From: Lama glama
Lineage: Eukaryota
Direction of reading: 5' to 3'
DNA length: 64,000 bases
Assembly: GCA_028534125.1 (NCBI GenBank)
Contig: CM052816.1
Location: 46,192,001-46,256,000 of the forward strand
Notes under the pieces: model-generated
What the model was told of the DNA's origin: nothing
Database searches by the model: none
Seen by the model: only the letters and a program-made list of their open reading frames with translations
Translations under genes and position numbers: made by a program
Shown: in pieces, positions 13,532 through 24,215 of the stretch
Layout of the letters: each line of letters opens with the position of its first letter
How positions within the stretch are numbered: position 1 is the stretch's first letter

Positions 13532-14485
13532 TTTTTTTTATTGAAATGTAGTCAGTTTACAGTGTTGTATCAATTTCTGGTGTACAGCATAATGTTTCAG
13601 TCATACATATACATACATATATTCATTTTCGTATTCTTTTTCATTGTAAGTTACTACAAGATATTGAATATAGTTCCCTGTGCTATACAGTATGAACTTG
13701 TTGTTTATTTATTTTATATATAGTAGTTAGTATCTGCAAATCTTGCACTCCCAGTTTATCCTTTCCCACCCGCTTTCCCCCTGGTAACCATAAGTTTGTT
13801 TTCTATGTCTGTGAGTCTGTTTCTGTTTTGTAGATGAGTTCATAAGTCCTTTATCTTTCTTTTTTTTTCAGATTCCACATATGGGTGATATCATATGGTA
13901 TTTTTCTTTCTCTTTCTGACTTCACTTAGGATGAAGTCCATCCACGTTGCTACAAATGGCATTATTTTATTCTTTTTTATGGCTGAGTAGTATTCCATTG
14001 TATAAATACACCACAACTTCTTTATCTAATCATCTGTCAGTGGAAATTTAGGTTGCTTTCATGTCTTGGCTATTGTAAATAGTGCTGCTATGAACATTGA
14101 GCTGAATGTTATCTTTTCAAATTAGAGTTCCCTCTGGATATATGCCCAGGAGTGGGATGCCTGTATCATATGGTAATTCCATTTTTAGTTTTTTGAGGAA
14201 TATCCATACTGTTTTCCATCATTGCTGCACCAAATTACATTGCCACCAACAGTGTAGGAGGGTTCCCTTTTCTCCACACCCTCTCCAGCATTTATCATTT
14301 GTGGACTTTTGAATGATGGCCATTCTGAATTGTGTGAGGTGATACCTCATTGTAGTTTTGATTTGCGCTTCTCTGATGATTAGTGATATTGAGCATTTTT
14401 TCAAGTGGCTATTGGCCATTTGTATGTCTTCCCTGGAGAATTGTTTGTTTAGGTCTTTGGCCCATTTTTGGATTAGGTTGCTTTG
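13532..14485 (-). mobile_element. 5'-truncated lineage-specific L1 (ORF2 C-terminus plus 3'UTR)
   Basis: Poly-T then L1 tail; ORF 14219-14419 ([32 protein letters not shown]) is L1 ORF2. Confidence 0.95.
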
Positions 14486-14560
14486 TTTATATTTAAAGAC
14501 CCAAATAATTCACTATTAGCTCAAAGCAGTTTTTAGTTAACTAACTAGTATTCAGGAGTA

Positions 14561-15079
14561 TGTGATGGTTAATTTTATGTATCATCTTGACTGGGCTGAG
14601 ATATCCAGATAGCTGGAAAAGTGTTATTTCCGAGTTTGTCTATGAGGGTCGCTCTGGAAGAAAGTAGTATTTGAATCCATAGATAAAGAAGATTGTCTTC
14701 ACCAATGCTGGTGGACATAATCCAATCTACTAAAGGCATGAATGGAACCAAAACGTGGAGGAAGGGCAAGTTTGCTCTCTCTGCTTGAGCTGAGACATCC
14801 ATCTTCTCCTGCCTTTGTTCTCTGGCTTTCAGATTCAGACTAGGATTTACACGATTGGCCCTTTGATTCTCAGACCTTCAGACTGAGACTCCACCATCAG
14901 CTTCCCTGTTCTCAGGCCTTCTGACTTGGATTGAAGTATACGACTGGCTTTCCTAATTCTGTAACTGCCAATAGGCAATCATGGGAATCCCTGGCCTCCA
15001 AAAGCAGTGAGCCAATTCCTATAATAAACAATTAAATATCGTATTGGTTCTGTTTCTCTGGAGAATCCTAACTTCAACA
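14561..15079 (+). mobile_element. MLT2 (ERVL) solo LTR
   Basis: Starts TGTGATGGTTAATTTTATGT, has AATAAA near 15023, ends ggttctgtttctctggagaatcctaact..ca. Confidence 0.9.
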
Positions 15080-16176
15080 GTGTTCTCGTATCAATCAGTG
15101 TTCTGATCATAAGTTTTCTCATAGTAATTTATTTGCTGTGTGTGTCATTTTTTTTCCTATCACGTAGATTGCCCCTAAACAAATTTAGTCATGAACAATT
15201 TGGCCCAAATGGACACAGGTTAGAGGTTCTAATCTCTAGCTTCTAATTGTCATCCTTAACTAGGATGGAATATAAATAGATTTTATTCCCCCTTTTACCC
15301 AAATCAGTTTGGTAGGATACATGTATTGAGTGTTGGGGAAAAAGGAAGAGCCTAAAACTTCTAGAAGTAATTTTTGACAATCCAACTGTCCATATATAAT
15401 ATTTCCTAAAGTAGTTTGGTCATAACTGTCTTCATCAGTGTTACCAACATTTGAGGATTGTGATTTTTTTTTGTTACATTGATTAGCCCCTGGTCCCATC
15501 TGTTCTTCCACGTTCAGAACATGTTATATGCTTATATGCATGTGTGTGGGGGGTGTATGTGTATATACCAATATATGTGAATCATTATTGAACCATATAT
15601 GTGAACCATACAGTATGGCAGGTAATTTATCTTTATCTCTATTTGTAGAATTTCACAAAACACATTGAAATCAATTTTAAAAAGCAGAACCAAGAATAGC
15701 CAGCCTAAATCTATTAAGCTTCTTTGTAAAGTGAATGGAACATTTGTTTGTATCGACATTTTCTTTAATATTTTATTGCCTAGTACAAGGCAAAAGAATA
15801 ACTTTAAAATATATGTTTCTTCAAATGGCAAAACCAATCTTTAATTAAATGCCTTTCACCTTTGCTTTCTGTGGCTTCTTGGTTCTGAATACATGCTAAA
15901 ATGAAATTTTTGATGCATCTATTTCTGTTTTTCTTTTACTACAAGGAAGTCGGGTTAGTAAGAGCCTTCAGCTGCTGGGAAAAAAGTCAAGCCCTGGAAG
16001 TAGTTAATATTCAAATTAAAAGAACAATTTGGCAATTGATCTGCCATTAGGAAAAAAAATGGACAGGCAAAACCAGGTCCTGGAAACGAATTTGTCTGCC
16101 TTAAACACTCACTTTCAAGTGTGTCTGGTTTCTAGCCCAGTGTGTATCAAAAGCGATCAATTTTTCCCCCTTTTAC

Positions 16177-16560
16177 CTGTTCCACTTTTGCGCTGGTATT
16201 GTCTGAATCCCAGAGTGAGCAGCAATACATCATCTTGCTTCAACATCTGCTGGAGCCCCCTCTCCTCCTAATCTGCCTAGATCCCCAAAGCCTTTTCCAC
16301 CTGCTATAGTGCCAAATGCTCATTATAGCACACAGCTACGCCCTTCACTGTCCTTCTTCCCAGATCCTCAAGGTTAACGTGGAACAATGACTATTATTAA
16401 GAGGGGGCTTTAGGAATATAAAAGCCGACCGGGCGAGGAGACAGGGGGAGGGGCGGTGGAGGTGCTGGGTAGAATGCCAGGAGAGCTGGCAGGAAAGAGC
16501 TGCTAGAAAGCTGTGGCCAATTTTCCAGTCGAAACATGAGTCACTGAACAGAGATGCCCT
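16177..16560 (-). other. SOX6: Putative non-coding alternative first exon (5'UTR) ending at CAG|GTAAAA; probably SOX6; start site uncertain (about 16390-16560)
   Basis: Donor after ...GCGCAAAAGTGGAACAG at 16177; unique, CpG-retaining sequence inside a promoter-like motif cluster; 46.2 kb from the 62400 donor. Gene identity is inference. Confidence 0.5.
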
Positions 16561-16900
16561 AGAAATAAATAGCTTCCCTGTTCACTGCCCAGTACAAGCT
16601 GAGACCACACCCTCCCGTGGTTTTCTGTTAGGGCACTTTGGGATATGGCTTTGAGCACTAGTGGAGAAAGGGAGATAAAAATGGCCAGTTTGAGAAGGCT
16701 GGCAAGGCTAGAAGTTGTGTTTACTGCTTGGCCAACTGTAAACTGTAAGCAGTTGGAAGTTGTTCTGCCTCCTCTTCTTTTTCCTTCAAACCACCAACCT
16801 GTTCCTTCTGCTCGCATCGTCAGACCAACCACCAATGGAAAATTTGAGGCTCGCTGGATTAGACTGCTTAGAAAACAGAGAAATTTAGAAATCTCTCTGA
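16380..16900. promoter_or_regulatory. Promoter/enhancer motif cluster
   Basis: AACAATG (SOX) 16383, TATAAAAG 16417-16424, GC box GGGGCGG 16450-16456, CCAAT 16517-16521, AP-1 TGAGTCA 16537-16543, RUNX ACCACA 16604-16609, FOX TGTTTAC 16718-16724; local GC/CpG enrichment. Confidence 0.7.
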
Positions 16901-17764
16901 TACTCTGCATTCATCTTATATTGTCATGGAACGTGAGAAAATATAACAAGGAATCTACTGGTGGGGGAGGCAGCTTTAAGTTTCCTGTCTCTAGCAGCTG
17001 TGTACCTCACTCCCAGATGCCATACTTGGTGCAATTTCCTTTTAGTTTTGTAGGAGGTATTTTAAGAAGTTAAATGCTATTTCCTCGGTGACATTCATAG
17101 GCATGATCTTGATAAACCACATGAATGCCGGCTGGCCTCTAGCAGAGTTGGCCAGCTCTGCCCTAGACATGCTCTCCTGTTAATGGACCTTTGGGCAGTG
17201 TTTCCAGCAGAATCAAGTCACTCCTGTTGCTCTTCAGCTCCTGGAAAAACTATCAAACCACAGATTCCCCCAAAGGCCACCTAGTAAAATTTTACTTGCC
17301 TACATAACTCTGATCCCCAGGGAAATGTGTCTCTATCCTATATCCACACAATGTGGTGATCTAAATAAGGCCCAGGCTACCAAGCTCTATCACTGCTCCA
17401 GTCAAGGTACTGGAGGGGTTGAAAGGGCTCCCATTAATAAAAAAAAACAGCTAAGAGTAAAACTGCCTTGGCTAGATAGAGTGGGAGCTTGTAATTTGCT
17501 CTGTGAAATGACAGCACACCTCAACTGTCAAGCCTACACTTAGAAGATTATTATACTTTTCTTTTTTTGAAATCCCAGTTTGAAAGTTACAACTAATTTT
17601 GGATAGATAGCTTTTTAAGGACTAGCAGTTAAGAGAGAAGAGAGACACTTTGAGGGTTAAAAGTTTCTCATTTTCACTTGGATTGATCAAGATACTAGAT
17701 CTTTGCTGTGAGTTTGGGTAGGATAGAAAAGTAGCTAGAATTTAATTAAAGGACAGACATTTCA

Positions 17765-18392
17765 TAAACAATTTTTCACCAGCTTTATTTATAACAAAAT
17801 TGTATGTATTTGAGGTGGACAACTTGATGTTTTGATATATACTGTGAAATGATCACCGCTATCAAGCTAATTGACATATTCATCACTTCTTGGGTGGGTG
17901 TGTAAGAAAATTTAAGATCTATATTCTTAGTAAATTTAAGTATACTTGTTAACTATAATCACCATGCTGTATGATAGATCTCCAGAACTTTTTCACCTTG
18001 CACAATTGAAACTCTACCCTTTCACCAACATCACCCCATTTTCCCCTCTCCCAGGCCCTTGGCAATTTCCATCCTACTCTGATTCTATGAGCTTGACTAC
18101 TTTAGATTCCACACATAAGTGAAATCATACAGTGTTTATCTTTCTGTGTCTTGCTTATTTCACTTAGCATAATGTCCTTCAGCCCCACCCATGTTGTTGC
18201 AAATCACAAGATTTTCTACTTTTTGAAGACTGGTATCCCAGTGTGTGTGTATGAGTGTGTGTGTGTGTGTGTGTGTGTACATGTACACATGTATTTCATA
18301 CCTTCTTTACCCATTTGTCCACTGAAGGACACAGGCATTTATGTTGTTTTTGTATGTTGGCTATTATGAAAAATGCTGCAATGAACATAATT
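17765..18392 (-). mobile_element. L1MA-type 3' end with internal (TG)n (18241-18278)
   Basis: gtgaaatgatcacc..tagatctccagaact..ttagattccacacataagtga..cttatttcacttagcataatg. Confidence 0.9.
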
Positions 18393-19056
18393 TTGAAAGT
18401 CTAAAATCTAAACCTTGTCCTAGACATTTTATATATAGATTAGCTTCTACCCCTATTGCTTTACTATTCCATTTCAACACTGAGAGGTAATAAGTAACTG
18501 CTAACATGGAATATTTTATGTAAGTGTAGTTTTATGTGGAAGTAAAAAAAAATTGGGGGAAAATCATTTTTTATTGATGGAAATCTTATAAATCATGTGG
18601 TTGCTCTAGAAGCATGATCCTAGCCCTTTCATTGGCTTGTGGAATAATATTAGGCAAGTTTTATTTTACCGCCCTGACTTTTTTTTTCCCCTTATGCCGA
18701 GAGAGTTTCAGTACTGTTTACCTACGTCATAGAATTATTGTGAAGATTACAGGAGATGGTTTGGGAAGATGCTAGGAACATAGTAAGTGATCAGTGAACT
18801 TCAATTGGTATTGTTCTTAGTCTGTTCTATTTGAAGACATTTTCAAATTGTTTCAAAATTTTCCAAATGATTATTTCTTTGCTCCTTCCTTTTCTTCTTT
18901 CATTTTTTCTGCTTTTTTATTACTACATTTCTATTTAAACCTCACAGAGAGTATGATTCTGTTTTGTTTATAAAGTTTCAAACTCTTAAATTAGACTGCA
19001 CTTAAATAGACTACATTGTAAATACCCCAAATTAAGGCAAAAAAAATCAATGACTG

Positions 19057-19332
19057 TGTCTTAATTAGCTCAGGCTACAATAGCAAAATATCATAGACTG
19101 AGTGACTTAAACAACAGAAATTTACTTCCCCACATTTCTGGAGGGGGAGAGATAGATGGAAGCTCCCTGGTGACACTTCCTATAGGGGCACAAACCCCAT
19201 CATGAGGACACTACCCTCCCAACCTCATATAAACCTAAGTATCCCCCAAAGGCCCCATCTCCAAATACCATCACATTGGGAGCTAGAGCTTCCAAACACG
19301 AATTTAGGAGAGACACAGGTCAGTCCATAGCA
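19057..19332 (-). mobile_element. MLT1A-like MaLR solo LTR, internally deleted, with perfect 5-bp target-site duplication
   Basis: TG...CA ends; GACTG at 19052-19056 and 19333-19337; minus strand starts TGCTATGGACTG. Confidence 0.9.
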
Positions 19333-19559
19333 GACTGTCTTAAAATCTGAGACTTGGTTTTATCCACTTGATCACAAGGTTTTCAGTAGAACCAATAAAC
19401 TTTGATCACCAAATTCCACATGATAAGTCATTTTGATATTACAACTGCAACTTCGAGTTTAATTAGCTCTACACATTATTCTAACCAAATTCTTCTTTTC
19501 TTCCTAAGAGATTCCTCCAGATTCCTTCTCCACTAAATGTTAAACACAATTACAGTCTG

Positions 19560-21130
19560 ACACAAATTCTGGACATTTCTCTGCACTGATTTTTTTCATC
19601 TTTCTTTAGCTAGCTTTATCCTATGCACCCATCCCCTCTCCCAGTGTACCCAGTGCTCACCTTGTCCCACCCCGCCTTTGTCAGTATAGTATCCCAGTCT
19701 CGCTGTAGTAAGCATCTTGCCTTTGATTTAAACCCCTTATTATAGCATCTCTTCTCTGGTTGCTTTCTCTCAGGACTCTGCATTTGGGATTTCTTGACCA
19801 TTTCTCTCCAGTTCTCAGGGAACTCAGCTTTCCTGACACTTTCTTTCCAGATTCTCCTCCAGTACTTCTCACCATGCCTTCTCTAGTCTCCCTTGCTCTG
19901 TCTGCAGACCTAAACATAGGCATTCCCCTAAGGCTGCTTCCCCTCATCCCTGTTACGTCTGCTTTTATTGATACCATCCACTTCTGGAGTTTTTACTTTC
20001 ACCTTTAAGAAGATCACACCGACTCTTTTTTCTTGCTCTAACTTTGCAACTCCAGGCCGTAAGACTCAGGGCATCATCTGGGAGAGGATCAGGGCTTGGA
20101 AAGGGGAACATGAGAAGGACAGGACAGGGAGGAAGGAGATGTAAAGTTTTTGATTGGTGACGAACATTTAAATAATTAAGACAGTTCCCTTTCACAACCT
20201 TCATATCTGATTCATGATCTGGCCACTCATTTCATTTAACACTTTCAACTGCTTCTTCCAGTAGGAAGCAGCTCAGATTCCCTGTACTCCCCTGTGTCAC
20301 AATCACACAGCTGCAGCTGACTCACTTTTCCAGCTGTCATTTGGATGTCTCCTAAGTAGTACATGTGCGCAGTTGATTTTACCTTATTTGTCTTCTTTTC
20401 TTACCATCCCCATGTTTTATGTTAGTAGTTTGATCTCTCTGCCAGTAATTCCTACATTCGCCCACATTAACATGTATTTAGTGGTCATAATGGTCTCTGA
20501 TTCGCCTGCAATTTCTTCTGCACCCAACACCTCCATTTCATTTTTATTGCCCTGGTTTTGTTCGGAGTTTGATTTTCCTCTGCCCACTTATTATTCTCTC
20601 CCTAAATGGTAACTCTTGAGTGGGTCCTCACTGGCTAGCAAACAAACCCTTAAGGCTTTACCTTGACTTTCCAGGCCTTCTACAGATCAGGTTGTACCTA
20701 ATTTTTATAACGTACTCCCTGAAAGTCCCATTCAGCCACCCTGCACTGTTACAGCCAAATCATACTTACCAATCTCGAATGAGTCTGGTTAATCGCACCT
20801 TGGTGATGCTACTGCCTTTGTGTGATCACTTTTCCAACTTTTTTGAAATGTTCTTTCCTTCAAAGGGCAACCCAGATTTTGATTTCAATTAAAAATTTCT
20901 CTTTTTCTCCATGACAAAAATTTCATAGTCACACATAGACACACACACACACACGCACGTTTTAAAACTTAAATTTCTCACCGTATCCAACCTTATGCTT
21001 ACAGCTATTTATACTTCTTCTTTATCTCCTCTAATATATTAAGAATATCTTTGTGTCCAAAACTATATCTTTATCTTCCTCCTTCTCCACCACCAAACAA
21101 AATTGCCTGGCTCTATAAATATCTGTTTAA
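19560..21130 (+). mobile_element. Degenerate L2 fragments
   Basis: Pyrimidine-rich L2-like tracts (cttgaccatttctctcc.., catttggatgtctc.., aaatatctgtttaaataat). Confidence 0.55.
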
Positions 21131-21687
21131 ATAATGTAGATTTAATCTCGATAAAATTCTTTTGAATAAACATAAAATGAAATAATGACTAATGAAAATT
21201 CTGGACCTTTTTAAGCAGGTGCCATTTCTTAGGTGATAGACTGAAATAATTTACAATGGTTAGAGGAAGTCACCTTCAGTTTTCTGAATACATGTTGTTG
21301 GTAGAATGACATGACATGGGCAGCTGCATCCTTCTGTTTTCTAAAAACCTCCATGTTTGCATATAACATGAGTAACTGTCATTTTTGTTTGCATGGCTGT
21401 ACGTATCTGCATTAGGAGGAATGAAATTTTGAATAGCAAAATAGCTTTTTTAAAAATAAGAGAATATGGGTAAAATTTAGTCATATCTAATCTGTAGTGG
21501 AATCATAGTCCAGGTAATGAATGTCATAATATATCTGTAATATATAGTTCATTCCATAAAGATAATAAAAATTAACCTATATTGAATAATTGTTTTCAGA
21601 GAGATCAGATTCTTTTCTAAAATTCTTTTCTAAAAAGTTAAAGTTAATAAAAGCTTTCTGTTACTTTTCTTTGTTTTTATTTTTGTT

Positions 21688-21760
21688 GTTTTTTTAAATT
21701 GAAGTAGAGTTGATTTACAGTGTTTCAGGTTGCAGCAAAGTGATTCAGTTATATATATGC
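21688..21760 (-). mobile_element. Very short L1 3' tail
   Basis: ttttaaattgaagtagagttgatttacagtgtttcagg..gcaaagtgattcagttatata, same family as the 13.5 and 55.8 kb tails. Confidence 0.8.
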
Positions 21761-22183
21761 TTTTTCTTAATAATTTAATAAGCTATATGTAAAGCAAAGT
21801 TTGATTTGTTTTGAGATAGGAAATTGTTATTATTAAAACTAATTTCCTTAGTAGAGATTAAACCCTTTTCCCTCAATTCTACTCATGTCCAAGAAAGTTC
21901 AGCTATTATGAAGGAAGAACTACATAGAAAGTTTTGGGTTTAAAAATACATCTTAAAAAAATACATTAAAACCAGTTCTTTGAAGGTATTCAGAAGATAC
22001 ATCACCAGCAAAACATATATTATAAAAGTCTATATTTAGCAATTTTTTAAAAGAGAGAAGAGAGACTGGATGGTGTGGGGGCAGCTGTGGGTGGCCATGC
22101 TTGGGAGATCCCATGAAAGGCCTCGGTCAACTGCAGGAGGTTTCAGTATTGGTGACAGGATATTTCCATGTGTGTTTCCTTTC

Positions 22184-22212
22184 AGTTGCCACCTTCTGGT
22201 AAAACTTCCTGT
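22184..22212 (-). promoter_or_regulatory. CTCF-like motif next to an ETS site
   Basis: Minus strand TTACCAGAAGGTGGCAACT (22202-22184) fits CCASYAGRKGGCR closely; ACAGGAAGT at 22212-22204. Confidence 0.45.
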
Positions 22213-22449
22213 GTGCTGCCGGAGAGCTCACCTCCACCACCCACAGCAGTTTCTTGATTTGAACTAAGTTTCACAGAGTAGGAGTCGTGGGAGTTTGATT
22301 CACTACCTGGACATCCAAAAATGTAGTGAAGCCCTACTTATTGAGTTGAAAGATTCTCATCATTGCTGAAAAAAGTTTTCATAAAGAGAAAATAAAACCC
22401 CATAGAACTTAGATATATGGCTTTAGATCCTTCAGTTAGAAGGGACATA

Positions 22450-22560
22450 TATTCTAACTTTGTGATTTTGCAGTTGAGGAAACAGACTGAGAACAAGTAA
22501 ATAACTTGCCCAAGATAGAATCACTAGGTGAACATAGGTTTAGTCTTTTGACTTCATAGG
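22450..22560 (-). mobile_element. MIR
   Basis: ttttgcagttgaggaaacagac..aagtaaataacttgcccaag. Confidence 0.8.
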
Positions 22561-23799
22561 TTGACTTCTCTAAAAAAAAAAAAAAAAAAAAAAAACCCAT
22601 CACCTGAATAATAAGCACATGGATATCATTTAATACAAGTTCTGGGGGGAAAAAGAAGTTTAGTATAAACTTCTTTTTTATAAACTTTAGTATAAACTTC
22701 TTTTTCCCCCAGATCCTTTTCAAAAGAGCACATTGAAAGAGAAAGAAAATTTGTGTCAAATTAAAATGGGCCATAATTTGGTTACATATGATTTCATTCT
22801 TAGAACCCCCAAAGTAATATGTATATATTATATGTGTACATTATATATGTACATATAATAGATACGTGCTAAATGCTAAAATTATAAATGATGAAATGAG
22901 ATGAAATATATTTAAATTGCTGTCGAAGTTACAGGGATAAGCCTCATACAACTATAAAATGCCCTTTAAAAATTGACTTGTTTTTCCTTACATGTTATTT
23001 TCCCTAATGAGTTCATGCAGGGTGGAAAAGAGTTATTGGAAATTATCTTTGTCATATACTTGAAAAGGCAGAGAGGCATGTCAGAAAAAGGATAGATTTA
23101 AATTATTTTTAAATCTGTCTCCTATGTGGCTTTGTTTAAACATCCTCAAGCAAGCTGAGATCAATCATTAAGTACATTCCTATCCTAATACAAGGAAGGC
23201 AGAATGATTTTCAACTTCAGTGTTAATTTGTGTGTAAATACCCTTGAGTCAAAGGAAATTAAAAAGAACAGAATCTGTTACTGAAACATACATACCTCAT
23301 CAGTGATAAGTAGTTGTTAAGAAATTGGTGATCTTCTGACTATACTGGTCACCATAATGGTTACTTATTAAGGGCCTAAGTCTTTGCTTAGAAAAAAATA
23401 TGTTGGTAAAGGTTAAGGAAAATAATTCAGGCTCTTGAAATATGCACAAGAAATGTATGAAGAGTTTCATCAAACACCCTACTAGCCAAATTAGCTGGAG
23501 AAGAAAGCTCTGGAGGAGATATCTAATATGAACTGGAGTGGGCAAAGATTAGAGGGGAAATGTCATTTTGATGAGACATAAAAGCCTGAGGATTGAGCCA
23601 GTGAAAAAGAAGGAACACAATATTGTTGTGAAAGAATGGTTACTAGAAGCTGCAAAACAATAGGAGAAAAGAATGATGAAAAACCTGGTAAGTGTAGGCA
23701 TAGAAAACAGTAATGGTGAAAGTCTTTCTGGGTAAGTATCTAGGAATGCTTATTTTATAGCATGGTACTTGCAGAATCTTAGGGAATTAGATTTTCTCA

Positions 23800-24177
23800 A
23801 TATCATAATAGAAACGAGAAAAAAAGATACAGGGACAGTTTGGAGGTGTTCATAATAAAAGTTCACAGGGTCTTATTCAACTAATTCATGGAACTCAGTA
23901 ATCCTCACATGCTTTCAGCTATTATTCCCTCGTCCCTGTCACTCCACACCCACACACACACCTGCTGCCATTAATTTCATTGCTTGCATCCACAAGGATA
24001 AATTAAATAACCAGAGCTTTTTGACATCTTGAGACAATCAAACAACTCTCAAAGACATGTGAAATGTTACCTACATGATGAAGCATTATAAACGTTAAGT
24101 ATTTAATTCAGTTTGGCTCCCAAATGGAGCAAAGTGCATCTAATCACTTATATCTCAGTAATCCTGATGATTAGATA

Positions 24178-24215
<38 letters not shown>

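Noticed and set aside
16503..17073. Overlapping 135-aa and 142-aa ORFs
   Set aside because: No recognisable protein; they lie over a GC-richer promoter region where stops are rarer.
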